In this document: positions 39,241-57,240 of the stretch, piece by piece
How positions within the stretch are numbered: the first letter of the stretch is position 1
Layout of the letters: each line of letters starts with the position of its first letter
Assembly: GCF_009914755.1 (NCBI RefSeq)
Contig: NC_060946.1
Source: the human T2T-CHM13v2.0 reference genome, Homo sapiens
Direction: 5' to 3' (one strand)
Length of the DNA stretch: 64,000 nucleotides
Program-made: the position numbers and the translations under genes
The notes under the pieces: model-generated
Seen by the model: only the letters and a program-made list of their open reading frames with translations
Database searches by the model: none
Told to the model about the DNA's origin: nothing

Positions 39241-40011
39241 TAATTCTTTTGGAAAACATTATCGTTAGATCAAAGATGTTCATAGAACTGAGAGATCAAA
39301 ATGGCAAAGAGTCATCTATGATTACACATTGTTGACATAAACTAGAATTAAGACAAGAGTATGTCAAAGAGAGTTACATTGAGCCAGGGATAAAAATAGT
39401 CAATCAATTGATTGATTAGAATTTAGTAAATGCTATTTTTTAAAAAAATAATATTTACTTAATTAATGGAGATACTTAATTATCTCCATTTTGACTTTAA
39501 ATTTATAATTAAAAAATTGCTATTTTATCTATTTTCCATAAAAGGAAATTGAAAAGCAATAGCAAAATGCTTCGACAGAAAATCTGCACTTCTTTTTCCC
39601 AAGAGGAAGAATGGCCAACTATCTTAAGCACAAAGTTAGAAAAACTTTCATAATTTTTTAAGTTGTCATATTTAATAGCTTTGAACAAGTTGAATTATTA
39701 ACTAGACTGCCCAGGGAATTGAGCCATCTAATATAATTTCCTTACTATTTAGATAAGATCTTTGTTGTTGAAAATCTTAATCATTTTTAATGATCCTGTT
39801 TTCAGAGCCTGATATTAATGATTCGTGAAATTCATTAAATGTAGTTATGCATCTGATTTGAAAATCATGAGGGAGATTTTTGGTCAGATATGCATAGAAA
39901 ATGTATGTCATTAGACATATGTCCCTGCTATCCATGTCACAACCTTTATTCTTGAATTGAGGTTTTGCTACGTTTAATTTTTGAGGTTTAAGAATTATTC
40001 ATTTAGGTATC

Positions 40012-40127
40012 TGGGTGCAGCGCACCAGCGTGGCACATGTATACATATGTAACTAATCTGCACAATGTGCACATGTACCCTAAAACTTAAAGTATAATAA
40101 TAAAAATAAAATAAAATAAAATAAAAA
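40012..40127 (+). mobile_element. Very short, young L1 3'-end insertion (L1PA2/non-Ta L1HS-like)
   Basis: TGGGTGCAGCGCACCAGCGTGGCACATGTATACATATGTAACTAATCTGCACAATGTGCACATGTACCCTAAAACTTAAAGTATAAT followed by an (AAAAT)n tail. 16-bp TSD AAGAA(T/A)TATTCATTTA at 39990-40005 and 40128-40143. Confidence 0.92.
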
Positions 40128-40204
40128 AAGAAATATTCATTTAACTGACGAAAAATTGTGTTTCTCTTGTTAAAATAGAGCCCAATTTATCTTTTCTATT
40201 TTTC

Positions 40205-40440
40205 ATGGAGACATGAAAGGATGTGAATTTGGAATCCGAGAAACCTGAGTTCCACCATGCTTTCTTCCTCTTGCAAGCCATGAAATCCACAGTGGGTTAG
40301 TGGATATTACAAAACCTCTGGTCCCACCTTATTAAGATGGAAAAAAATAATACTAATTGAAAGAATGAATGTAATAATGAGAAGAAATGGTATCAATAAA
40401 GTTTCTGGAACACAGTAAGTTCTAACAAATGGTAGTTCTT
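40205..40440 (+). mobile_element. MIR-like SINE, highly diverged
   Basis: TTTGGAATCCGAGAAACCTGAGTTC, TAAGATGG..AATAATAC and CTGGAACACAGTAAGTTCTAACAAATGGTAG resemble the MIR head, core and tail. Confidence 0.55.
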
Positions 40441-42527
40441 TTCTTTCATCATTCAAAATCTAAATAGAAGCCAGTTGGTAATTTCAAGATAATAGTATGA
40501 AGACCAAAAAAAAGTTTGTTAACTGACCTTCAACCATTGAGACCTTATTTTATAGGAAGCAAAATTAGCAAATATTTTCTCCCTTCTACAAATGTACACC
40601 CTCTGAGAAAGAGAGACAGTGTTCCAATCAAGATGATGACATTATTCTGTGCACCCATAGGAAGGGAAGAAGAATAAGAAAGAACCTTTAAAAAGACAAT
40701 ATTAGATATGTACCCTATTTTTACCAGCAATAACATTTTGTAGAACTTACAGCATACAAAATAGACCTTAAATGGACTCAGTGCTGAGAAATTTTTATAA
40801 GGCTGCTTTATTTTCTTCTATGGTAAATCTAGGAACCAATAAAATAGATTTGATAATTCACTCATTACATTCTTTCCTAACTAAACTATTTACATTATAA
40901 ACTTTATTGATATGCTGTGCTTTTGCATTAATAACTCTCATGTGTCTCATTTGTGAATATATGAAAACTAGTTGTAAAATAAGGAAAGTGTAATTTTGAA
41001 ACATCTTCAAAAACAGTTGCATAATTTAACAAATGTTTATAAATTTTCATCCTTACTCTAAAACCATAGATATCCTAAAAGTGATTGAAGGTAAAATGAT
41101 TTCTTTAAAGAACTGGATTTCTCACCATGAGTTATTTTATCTCCATACAAACTGTAGTAGTGTTATACAATGGTTAAGAAGAAATTACTTAAAAGTGAGA
41201 ATAAAGATACAGCTTATTAACACTTCATTTTATGGATGAGATCTGAAAAATTAAACTTTTCTTCTAGAGACAAGTTGGAGTTAGTTGTGTATATAGAGTG
41301 TGAATACATAGTGTCTATATTTTACTGTCATTATTTAAACAGAAACATGTAATTTGCACTTCAAAAACCTACTACAAATTAGCTGTGTCATTTAGAAGTG
41401 TCAAAATTATCTCATTAATGATCATATAGGCTTTTTGCTCATTGTAATGAGATGTTCCCATAAACCAAATTTGAAAGACAAAGACAGAGTTTGGAGTCTT
41501 TAATTCTTGGTAAAATCAGTAGCTCTATTTAGGGCTATATTTGCAAAATACTATTTCTACACAAGCATGTTTTTATTTACAAGGCACTTCACAAATGTTG
41601 ACCACAAAGATATTTCTACCTAGCAGAAGTAATTATAGTTACATATAGTTGTCTAGGAATATCTTAAACGTGGGGTATTAAAATAACTTTCAAGAAAAAG
41701 AAGAAATGTTATACCAGACATTTTTGCAACTAGTGCTCTATTTCAGTGCAATATTTGTGGCAACTAAGAAACATAAATGGCTTGGATATATAGCTAAGAT
41801 ATCAAAGGAAAAATATGCAAAGGCATGATTATTTTATAAATGTGCCGCATATGTGACTTGAGGTACAAATCCTCTAAGTTTAAAAATGTCTTTTTAAAAA
41901 AGAAATCAAAACAGACAAGTGGGCAATGAGTTACGGATACTATTATAAGGTACCCTGATAAACTAGTAAGAATATGACTTTTGGTACTGAAAATTCCAAT
42001 TAACCACATGCCCCCATTAAAGCCATGATCACTGCCAATTTTTACTCACAAAGGCTGGAGCTAGAGTTATATGGAATTCCATATGTATCTAAACCATAGA
42101 TTTATCAATTATCACTTAAACACAACTTGGAGGACACTATCCAGAATTTGTAGGGCTTGGCCTTATTCTAGAGAAACATACACTGGAATAGGCAGTTGGA
42201 TTTTAAATTCAGTCTTAAATCTGTTGAAAATAATGCATTTTTTTCTCAGAGATGAGATATTGTTCAACTCTTTTGACTTATTTTAGATTTGATATTCTAC
42301 AGTTCGAACACCATGGAGATTTACTAATCTGAATGAACACATACCAAATTAGTCTTTGCTCCAGTCTCAAAATCTGAGATTAATTCTGGCTGCTGAAGAA
42401 ATTTTCCAGTGTTAGGAGTACGCTTCAATGCTGGTGACTGGTACTACTTTCTGGTAAACTACAGATGACATGTGTGCTTTCATTGCCTGAACTCACTTTG
42501 TAGAACACCATTAAATGAAAATCATCA

Positions 42528-42885
<358 letters not shown>

Positions 42886-42935
42886 TTATGGACAATTAAA
42901 AGGGCTATACAATCTCTCTCATTGTATGATTCTGG

Positions 42936-43269
<334 letters not shown>

Positions 43270-44868
43270 TAACACAATTCTTATTACTTCTGTTTTAATT
43301 TTACAAAGCCATAGGTTTTTAATCTGGGAAACCTTTGAGAAAACATCCAGATAAATTTATAAATAGAAAAATAAATTCAGATACATAGAATTAAGTTTAT
43401 GATCTAACAAGTGGGTGGTAACTGAAAACTTTCCAAGTTACATAAACTGAAGTGAAAGGATCACTTTCCTGAAAATATTACAAAGGCTTGATAATTACCT
43501 GGACTGTACTAAAACCTACACAATCTAGTATATTCTATAGCAGCAATTCATAAAGACAGCTTCACTTACCATGTAGAATTTATACATACACTATATTTAA
43601 GGAATGCGTTACTTGCTATTGGAGTAGGATAATAAACTCCCAGCAGAACTGATTTGCATGAATGCCAATTAAACTATCATTGATGTATAAATTAAACAAT
43701 ATATTAAGCTATTGAGCCCCAGATGTGTGAGAGACAGAGAAAAACTTCAAAAGAGTGCAGCTACCAAATCCCTTCCTCAATAGCTCTTTGAGTCTCAAGA
43801 CAGTTTCAACCATACACACCCTCAGAGTCTTATGGTCAAAACAACATTTGACTGCAGCTCTAAAGTAAGCAAACATTTGAAAAGAAACAATCAAAGATCT
43901 ATGCCTGTAGTTATGGTCAAGGAGGTCCACCTACTGGTGGGTGAGCATGGCAAGGATAGGGACTAAGCCAAATGATGGGTTTACCAAAACAGAAACAGGA
44001 GAAGTCATTGGAAGCACAGTCCAGGTTATAACAGGAGCCCAGGCACTTGATGTGGGAACCCTATTTGTCTCATTCAGCACCTAGAGTTTTAACGTCCTAT
44101 GAGGCACAGCTAATGCCCTTCATTATTTTTTTGTAATTGACTGCATAGTTTAGAACTATGCCTTGAATTTAATATCTATCTGTTGAATAAATGAATTAAT
44201 AATGATGAAAATCTGTCCACAGGTTATGTGGACAGTACTGAAGAGCAACTTCAGCTACTGAGGTATCTATCAGAAGTCTTACTCTCCAAAAAGCCTCTGG
44301 TTAGTTACTGATATACGTTGCTGATAATTTCACTTTCACAATGTAGGGGAAGCAGGAATGTTATCTGGCCTCTTGGCTCCTCTTCCTTTGCCTTCCACAG
44401 ATCTCTCTGCTGGTTCACAGAAGAACACTTTCGTGGCTCTCAGTTCATTTTGCAATTCTGCTAGAATCTCATTCCATCCTCAGTTGTAACTAGCTTGTCC
44501 TTCACCCAACGCTTATTTACGGAAGGACAGATAGCAAGAAGAAATCGCACTCTGGATTACAAAGTGGGAAGACGCACCCCTTGGCCAGAATGCCTGCCTC
44601 CTATGTTCATGAAGGATATTTCTAATTGATCTCAGCACTCTTTTCCATTGAGCCCATGTCCCAAATTGGCCGTGAGTTAGGGAGAGGGCTCTAGAGTGGG
44701 AAAGGTGTACCCAAAACTTCCCTAATCTGACTATCAAGCCTAAAAAATTAAACTTTCAATTCAACATCCCTTGTTTCTCCAACTTGGAGTGCCTGATGGT
44801 GTGGGAAGCCCCTACTCATAAAAATTCATAGTTGAAGATTGTTGGTAATTTTGCCCAACCTCCTTCTT

Positions 44869-45317
44869 ATTTTTATTATACTTTAAGTTCTAGGGTACAT
44901 GTGCACAAAGTGCAGGTTCATTACATATGTATACATGTGACATGTTGGTGTGCTGCACCCATTAACTCGTCATTTACATTAGGTATATCCCCTAATGCTT
45001 TTCCTCCCCTAGCCTGTCACCCCACAACAGGCCCCATTGTGTGATGTTCCCCTTCCTGTGTCCATGAGTACTCATTGTTTAATTCCCACCTATGAGTGAG
45101 AACATGTGGTGTTTGTTTTTTTGTCCTTGTGATAGTTTGCTGAGAATGATGGTTTCCAGCTTCATCCTTGTCCCTACAAAGGACATGAACTCATCCTTTT
45201 TATGGATGCATAGTATTCCATGGTGTATATGTGCCACATTTTCTTAATCCAGTCTATCATTGTTGGACATTTGGGTTGGTTCCAAGTCTTTGCTATTGTC
45301 AGTAGTGCCTCAATAAA
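44869..45317 (-). mobile_element. 5'-truncated L1PA 3' end (L1PA5-like), ~450 bp
   Basis: TTATTATACTTTAAGTTCTAGGGTACATGTGCAC...GTTCCAAGTCTTTGCTATTG. TSD CTCCTTCTT at 44860-44868 and 45318-45326. Confidence 0.93.
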
Positions 45318-46654
45318 CTCCTTCTTTCTTTGCCTAGTTACACCTCAATGCAACCTCCTGGCAGGCCAGCCTTAAGCCCAGCAGTACAACCATGCATCTA
45401 AGCTGAGTTCTCATCAGAGCCAACTTCAATTATAAACAACTGAGATGATGCCAGAGGCCAGAATCCCTGAGAACCCAATTTGCTGTCATCACCGCAGCTG
45501 AAACAAGGCGCTTGGCATCTAGAAAAGCTGATCTGTAGGAAATTTCCAATAGAGTTCAATTTTTTTCTAAGTTTAAAGTGTACAATATCATCAAGGTCAG
45601 ACACTCGAGGTAAAACTACGCTTGTGTTTAAATATAATAAAAATATTTGAGGAATAGTAAGAGTGGTGACTACTTTTACACAGGAATGTTTCAAATAAAT
45701 TGTTTTTTTCTTGTGCCTTTTAAATTTTGTGATTTGTCAATGAGATGCTGACATGTTTTTAATGAAGCATGCCTTGTAAAATAATAAGTGAATGAAAACT
45801 ACACAGTAATATTTACATCAACAAAGCTAGAAGACTGTATGTCTCAAGAGGCTCCATCATCTACCCAGTGGCCACTTGACCAAATTAAGATCCAAATACC
45901 AAAAAGAAAAGTAATTAAAATTTGTGTTGTATGCCTTATAAGACCAAACCTATAAAATGAGGGGAAACTTCACAATTACTTGTAATTTGCTCTGTGGAAT
46001 TGTAACAGATGGATTATAAAGATGATTCCATGATAAACATCTAAATGTGGTTACTACCTTCTGTGCTTTCTTGGTTCATATTTTTATTTTTTTTCTTTAT
46101 AAACAGACAATTCATTCTTATCTATGGCAATGCAAACTTTTCAGATGTATTGAATATGTCATAGTTTTTTTCTATTGTAGGCATCTCTAAAAAAGGTATA
46201 GAAAACAAACAGAGAAAAGTCTGGTGTTGGAAAGGAGAGAGAAATAAAGCTTGTAAAGGAATGAAGATTAGAGCTTTCTGGAGATAAAAATTCTTAGAAG
46301 ATACAAAAGCTAGTTACTGAATTAGATGAAGGTTCTTTTTCAGTTTTTCCCAGTTGTTCACCTCTTAGAAGGCACATATTCACAGCAGAAAAGAAAAAAA
46401 GGGTTAAAAAGAAAATACCTCGGTGTAGTGAGACTGTAATTTCATGAGGGCATTACTGAAGACTCACTTTTTCCAGCATCACTCAGCATGGTATTATGCA
46501 TGTGTGTAATGTAAAGGAAAGTGAATATGCATTCTTGGATGGGTGATCAAATCGTAATTCCAGAATGTAATCAGAAGCTGATTCATTATCCTCTTGAGAT
46601 TTCACAATCTTTTCATCAGGAATTAAAATTCAGAAGAGGGTAAATGTATCTAAT

Positions 46655-46800
46655 CATTTGAAAGTTAAAAATTAGTGGATGGAGGCAACATGGCCGAATA
46701 GGAACAGCTCCAGTCTACACCTCCCAGCATTTGAAAGTTAAAAATTAGTGGATGGAGGCAACATGGCCGAATAGGAACAGCTCCAGTCTACACCTCCCAG
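46655..46800 (+). repeat. Perfect 73-bp tandem duplication covering the 5' flank and first ~53 nt of the L1
   Basis: CATTTGAAAGTTAAAAATTAGTGGATGGAGGCAACATGGCCGAATAGGAACAGCTCCAGTCTACACCTCCCAG occurs at 46655-46727 and 46728-46800. Confidence 0.95.
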
Positions 46801-47761
46801 CGTCAGTGATGCAGAAGACAGGTGATATCTGCATTTCCAACTGAGGTACAAGGTTCATCTCAATGGGGATTGCTGGACAGTGGGTGCAGCACACCATGCA
46901 TGAGCCAAAGCAGGGCAAGGCATCACCTCACCTGGGAAGCACAATGGGTCAGGGAATTCCCTTTCCTAGTCAAAGAAAGAGGTGACAGATGGCACCTGGA
47001 AAATCAGGTCACTCCCACCCTAATACTGCGCTTTTCCAACAGGCTTATCAAATGGCACACCAGGAGATTGTATCCAGTACATGGCTTGGAGGATCCTACA
47101 CCCACGGAGCCTCGCTGTTTGCTAGCACAGCAGTCTGAGATCAAACTGCAAGGTTACAGTGGGCCTGGGGGAGGGGCGCCCGCCATTGCTCAGGCTTGAG
47201 TAAGTAAACAAAGCAGCCAGGAAGTTCGAACTGGGTGGAGCCCAACACAGCTCAAGGAGGCCAGCCTGCCTCCGTAGGCTCCACCTCTGGGTGCAGGGCA
47301 CAGACAAACAAAAGACAGCAATAACCCCTGTAGACTTAAATGTCCCTGTCTGACAGCTTTGAAGAGAGTAGTGGTTCTCCCAGCATGCAGCTTGAGATCT
47401 GAGAACAGGCAGACAGCCTCCTCAAGTGAGTTCCTGACCCCTGAGTAGCCTAACTGGGAGGCACCCCCCCCGTAGTGGCAGACTGACATCTCACATGGCC
47501 GGGTATCCCTCTGAGTCAAAACTTCCAGAGGAACGATCAGGCAGCAGCATTTGCAGTTCACCAATATCCACTGTTCTGCAGCCACCGCTGCTGATACCCA
47601 GGCAAATAGTGTCTGGAGTAGACCTCCAGTAAACTCCAACAGACCTGCAGCTGAAGGTCCTGACTGTTAAAGGAAAACTAACAAACAGAAAGGACATCCA
47701 CACCAAAACTCCATCTGTATGTCACCATCATCAAGGAACAAAGGAAGATAAAACCACAAAG
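46748..47761 (+). promoter_or_regulatory. L1 5' UTR internal promoter region, with a YY1-type site (AACATGGC) and the 129-bp segment (47506-47634) absent from younger L1s
   Basis: AACATGGC at the 5' end reverse-complements to GCCATGTT (CCATNTT core). Exactly 129 bp lie between GGGTA and TCCAACAGACC. Many CpGs have decayed. Activity is not shown by the sequence. Confidence 0.7.
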
Positions 47762-48777
47762 ATTGGAAAAAACAGAGCAGAAAAACTGGAAACTCTAAAA
47801 ATCAGAGTGCCTCTCCTCCTGCAAAGGAATGCAGCTCCTCACCAGCAATGGAACAAAGCTGGACGGAGTGTGACTTTGACGAGTTGAGAGAGGAAGGCTT
47901 CAGAAGATCAAAGTACTCCGAGCTAAAGGAGTAAGTTCAAACCAATGGCAAAGAAGTTAAAAATTTGAAAAAAAAATTAGACGAATGGATAACTAGAATA
48001 ACAAATGCAGAGAAGTCCTTAAAGGACCTGATGGAGCTGAAAACCATGGCACAAGAACTACATGACAAATGCATAAGCCTCAGTAACCGATGTGATCAAC
48101 TGGAAGAAAGAGTATCAGCGATGGAAAACGAAATGAATGAAATAAAGCATGAAGAGAAGTTTAGAGAAAAAGGAATAGAAGAAATGAACAAAGCCTCCAA
48201 GAAAATATGGGACTATGTGTAAAGACCAAATGTATGTCTAATTGGTGTACCTGAAAGTGATGGAGAGAATGGAACCAAGTTGGAAAACACTCTGCAGGAT
48301 ATTATCCAGGAGAACATCCCCAATCTAGTAAGGCAGGCCAACATACAAATTCAGAAAATACAGAGAATGCCACAAAGATACTCCTCGAGAAGAGCAACTC
48401 CAAGACACATAATTGTCAAATTCACCAAAGTTGAAATGAATGAAAAAATTTTAAAGGCAGCCAGAGAAAAAGGTCAGGTTACCCACAAAAGGAAGCCCAT
48501 CAGACTAACTGCTGATCTCTCCTCAGAAACTCTACAAGCCAGAAGAGAGTAGGGGCCAATATTCAATATTCTTAAAGAAAAGAATTTTCAACCCAGAATT
48601 TCATATCCAGCCAAACTAAGCTTCATAAGTGAAGGAGAAATAATATACTCCACAGACAAGCAAATGCTGAGAGATTTTGTCACCACCAGGCCTGCCCTAA
48701 AAGAGCTCCTGAAGGAAGCACTAAACATGGAAAGGAACAACTGGTACCAGCCACTGCAAAAACATGCCAAATTGTAA
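47762..48777 (+). pseudogene. L1 ORF1 (RNA-binding chaperone), disrupted
   Basis: The start codon is mutated (AAAG-ATT-GG). Peptides LDEWITRITNAEKSLKDLMELK and ENTLQDIIQEN...RATPRHIIVKF are present, with premature stops (for example 48220-48222 and 48550-48552). The natural TAA is at 48775-48777. Confidence 0.92.
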
Positions 48778-48840
48778 AGACCGTCAAGGCTAGGAAGAAA
48801 CTGCATCAACTAACGAGGAAAATAACCAGCTAACATCATA

Positions 48841-52660
<3,820 letters not shown>

Positions 52661-53609
52661 ACAATGAGAAAACATGGATGCAGGAAGGGGAACATCACAC
52701 ACTGGGGACAGTTGTGGGGTGGGGGGAGGGGGGAAGGATAGCATTAGGAGATATCCCTAATATTAAATGACGAGTTAATGGGTGCAGCACACCAACATGG
52801 CCCATGTATACATATCTAACAAACCTGCACGTTGTGCACATGTACCCTAAAACTTAAAATATAATAATAAAAAAAATTAACAGGAGACTTTTATACAGAT
52901 AAATTTGCTTTGCATCATGATCAGCACTAAAGAGCATCATAGATTTAAACCATATTTACACAGTTAAAACAATGTAACCAAATATGCAATATATTATGTA
53001 ACATTCTACAAGATGCTTTCAAACATGCAAACTGACCTTTAAAACAATTTTGCATAAAATAACATTTTTAGGTAAGAGAAAATACAGACATGTGGTTAGG
53101 GCAAAATATTTCTGTTCAAATTACAAAATACTGAATGACAAATCACAGGATAGAAAAGAATTATATTGTACCTGGAATTTGAAGTCTTCAAATTTATTTA
53201 GATATATGTATCTATATGTATTGAGACATATTTAACTGATTATAAGTTTAGAACATTTATATTTTGAAGATGTCATTCTTTAAAAATTATTAATATCTAC
53301 AGGATTGATACAGATATTTTAATTTTAAACAAATATTTTTCACTAATGTGACCAGTATTTATGTCCTATTTCATTAAACAGACATTTCAAGATTTTTTAG
53401 AGTTAATTTTTAAAAATTAAGTATAGCAAATATTTCTGAAGTACTACCTTAAAAAATAAAACTCTTTCCTAGCTTTTCATATAGTTAAACATTTTCATAA
53501 TGACTAAAAAGATAAAAATAAATTAACAACCATAATTAATTTAGAATTCTACTTTTTATATCAGATGAAATACTATATAAAATCTCCAGAAAATCTAGTG
53601 TTAATGAGG

Positions 53610-54010
53610 CTGTGCAGCCTGGACATTTGATGTCTCATCTGTGGGAATGTGAACTAACCCAACCATTCTGAATAATTATTGGCTCTGTGTGTTAACAGTC
53701 TAGAGTCCTGAAACAAGGATCTTAATTCTAAAATAAAATCCTATTCTAAGAATTTACCAAGGGTTGATAATCAAGGAAGTTTCAAAGTTATAGAGAAGAA
53801 CCTTCATCCTAGCATTATATATGTAATCATCCATATAAACCAGATAGTGTTGAATGAAACTGCAGAAAAACAAAGAGCCTACAGAATATGTTTCTCTTTG
53901 TGTACAACTGTAAATGTACACATCTATCCATGTAAAATTTTACATCTCAGGAGGATAGGTACCAACATGTTAACATGCTATATCTATAAGATAAGAAATT
54001 TTACTTTCCT
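53610..54010 (+). mobile_element. Possible ancient L1M (L1ME-like) 3' fragment
   Basis: GTGGGAATGTGAACT..AACCATTCTG, ATCCTATTCTAAGAATTTACC and TTCATCCTAGCATTAT weakly resemble old L1 3' sequence. Confidence 0.35.
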
Positions 54011-54016
54011 ACAATG

Positions 54017-54132
54017 TCATACACACACACACACTCTCAAACACACATACACACACACCGAGGATATATACACACACAAATATATATATAAACATACATG
54101 TTTATATAGGTACACACACACATACATATACA
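54017..54132. repeat. Imperfect (CA)n/(TA)n microsatellite
   Basis: ACACACACACACAC..ACACATACACACACAC..ATATATATA tract. Confidence 0.85.
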
Positions 54133-54478
54133 CAGATGGTCAACAAATTATAATGGTTCAATTTATGATTTTTTTTTACTTTATGATGAAGCAAAAGTGA
54201 TAGCTTTGAATAGAATGTAACCATTCTGCTTTTCACTTTCAGTACAATATTCAACAAATTACAGAAAATATCCAATACTTTATTATAAAGTGGGTTTTGT
54301 ATTCAATGATTTTGCCCAATTGTCAGCTGATGTAAGTGTTCTGAGCACATTAAATGTATGCCAGGCTAAGCTGTGATATTCAGTAAGTTAGGTATTAAAT
54401 ACATTTTTAACTTACTGTATTTTCAATTTATAATCAGCTTATCAAGACTTAACCCCATTGTACATTGAAAAGCATTTG
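54133..54478 (-). mobile_element. MER47A (TcMar-Tigger non-autonomous DNA transposon)
   Basis: CAGATG and CATTTG-TA termini. Internal CCATTCTG.TTTTCACTTTCAGTACA, ATGATTTTGCCCAA, TGTAAGTGTTCTGAGCAC and AGGCTAAGCT match the reverse complement of MER47A. Confidence 0.82.
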
Positions 54479-54582
54479 TATTGCATTAAACATGTTATAT
54501 AATATTTTTAATTGAAATTACTGGCAACTTTTGAAAAAATGCAATGAAATAATGTGCTTTGCTATTGGTTAAAATGTTTTTG

Positions 54583-54899
<317 letters not shown>

Positions 54900-55115
54900 G
54901 TTTTTAGCTTCAAGTAACAGAATAGTCAACTAATTGAAGAAAAAAACAAGGAGCAACTTTTACCAAATCGCACAACAAATAGATGGTATCAATGCTTAGT
55001 TAATTCAACATGATCCACTTCTTTATGATTCTCTTATATTTCTACCTATGTTTTCAAGATGGCTATGGCATTCCCAGCCTTACAACTTCATGTGACAAAA
55101 TCCAATGGCAGGAAA
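54900..55115 (-). mobile_element. Possible old MLT1 (MaLR) LTR remnant interrupted by the Alu
   Basis: TTTAGCTTCAAGTAACAGAA and CAAGATGGCT motifs are typical of old MLT1 LTRs. The match is weak. Confidence 0.35.
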
Positions 55116-55399
55116 TAATAAGTGACGGCATTTTGGAACGTTAAGGAAAAACTTTAAGGATTGGAAAACAGGGATGCCATATGTCCAGTAACATGGGATA
55201 GCCGCTCCTAATTAAGGATTGCTGTATGTCCTGAATGACTTTCTAATGTAATGAAGGTGAATAACCTGCTTTGTTTAATTATACAATCCCAAATGTAACT
55301 GCCTAAGTGCCAAGTACTTTTGCATGGTTTTAATATGCCATGAATTTTGCAAGAATGAAACTACTATGTATATGAGAAAAGACGGTAGATTTTTTCATT

Positions 55400-55836
55400 T
55401 AGATACTCATTTCAGAGTCTCAATAGGAAAAATAGAACACACACAAACTAAGATAATTTAACATGGGTTTATTTCCAAAGAGACTACTTACGAAAATGTC
55501 AGGGGAGAAGGGTGAAGGAATCACAGAAATCACACCCCACAATAACTCTGGGTTAGTAGCAGCAGGCAGAATTCTGGGGAGTAAACTGCCCTGATCACAC
55601 AAGGAAGCACTAATTTTCTTATGAAAAAGATTGGTCAAGGAGACCTAGCAGAGAGAGAGTTTAGGCAATAACCCAATCCCATTTCCTCCTTCCCTTTAAT
55701 CTCATGAACATGCATAGAAGGCAATGAGCAAGGGAACCGATTGAGATATTCAATATGGACCATTCCACTTGGACAAAAGCCAGTAAATAGGGGAGTATAA
55801 CAGGGGACAAGGGCCAAACAGAAAGTATCTATTACA
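55400..55836 (-). mobile_element. Possible ERVL LTR (LTR33-like)
   Basis: The minus strand starts TGTAATAGATACTTTCTGTTTGGCCC...TCAATCGGTTCCCTTGC, resembling the LTR33 5' end. Diverged, and the other boundary is approximate. Confidence 0.4.
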
Positions 55837-57240
55837 TTTACCAATGCAGATCAATCATGTCAACAATAGAAATGGCAGTTTTGGCATTTGGTTATTCAAT
55901 GAAACTATATTTGTGGCTTTTTATTTACAATGTTTCAAGGTATGGGCGAAGATATGAAAATTTCATTATGTTCTATTGTATTTGAGATGTAAATGTTCTG
56001 GTACAATTATATACATTTTGGATCATATATTGACAGTAAATTATTTCTCCTTTGTTAGCTTCAGCATAACATTAATATTTTCAAAAACTTGAATGCATAC
56101 ATTGTGTTCTCACTAATAGTTTAGAATAGTGAAGGGGTCTTTGAAGAATTTCTTATGAAGTAGAGGCATTGGGTCAGACAGAGCCGAAAACCATTGGCTT
56201 AGATTAATCACTATTTATCCTAGGGCTGAAGAGGGCCAATTGAAGACACAAATATCCAATCCCTCTATGACCTTGGAGATCTAGGAACCAGAGAAATAGA
56301 GACTGGTTCTTAAGGAGGTAATAAGTGTGCCTTCTATGGTTTATAATAATATGCATTGTCTTAACAATCGAATACTTAAAAGTTAATGCCCTCATAATAT
56401 GCAAAATTTTTAATAAGCACATTGGTCCCTGTGTTAAAGTAGTTGATAATCAAATTAGTGCAGTATGATAAGGCTTTTGAAGAGCATTAAACAGCAGAGA
56501 ATGTAAGAAATTTGTCCCTATAATAGTGTGGGCCTTCTGTGTTTCCTAAGGGCACATTCATATGATCTAATAACTGAGCAGAGAGAAGCCTAAAGGATAG
56601 TTTATGGTTTCATTTGTTTGTTTTTGCCAATTAACATACATTTCTAGATTAAAAGTCAACTATCTGTTCCTTGGGAGTCAACTATAGGAGAAGATAGTGA
56701 AGAGGCAAGGAAAATTACAGCAGCTCAACAGCTTTACCCTGGAAATATCTGTATTGTGTACCGCTATAGCCTACCTTTATCAGTCAGATAACAATGTCAA
56801 AGAGGCAAGCTTGGCACCATTGCTCTTAGTGAATCCCTGCTGCCAGCCTTTTATCCTAAGTGCTCTCCAAAGACCCATTTAATGGACCTTCCTGAAATTG
56901 TGCTCAGGATCAATATGAGGCTCATTAATACAACATTTTTGGAACTCACCATTTGCTTATTTATTAAACTTGGGATAGTTGCCTGACTTCTATCAACTGA
57001 AATCCTCTCCAAGACTTCAAAATTACCAACATTGGTTCCAACATCATTCCTAGAAAACATTTCGTGGAGTATATTTATCTAACATTTGACTGTATTTATA
57101 GCAGTAAGAATCTATGATGATTCCTCCCAAAATAATCCCACAATTACCAATTTTGGCTCACCTTTGAGGGTCTTACCCTTAATATCAGAGATCTGCTCTA
57201 TACATTTGAGTCTTAGAAATAATTCTAAGGTCTAAGTATT

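Noticed and set aside
47154-47186. L1 antisense ORF0
   Set aside because: The ATG is present (MAGAPPPGPL) but a TAA follows after 10 codons.
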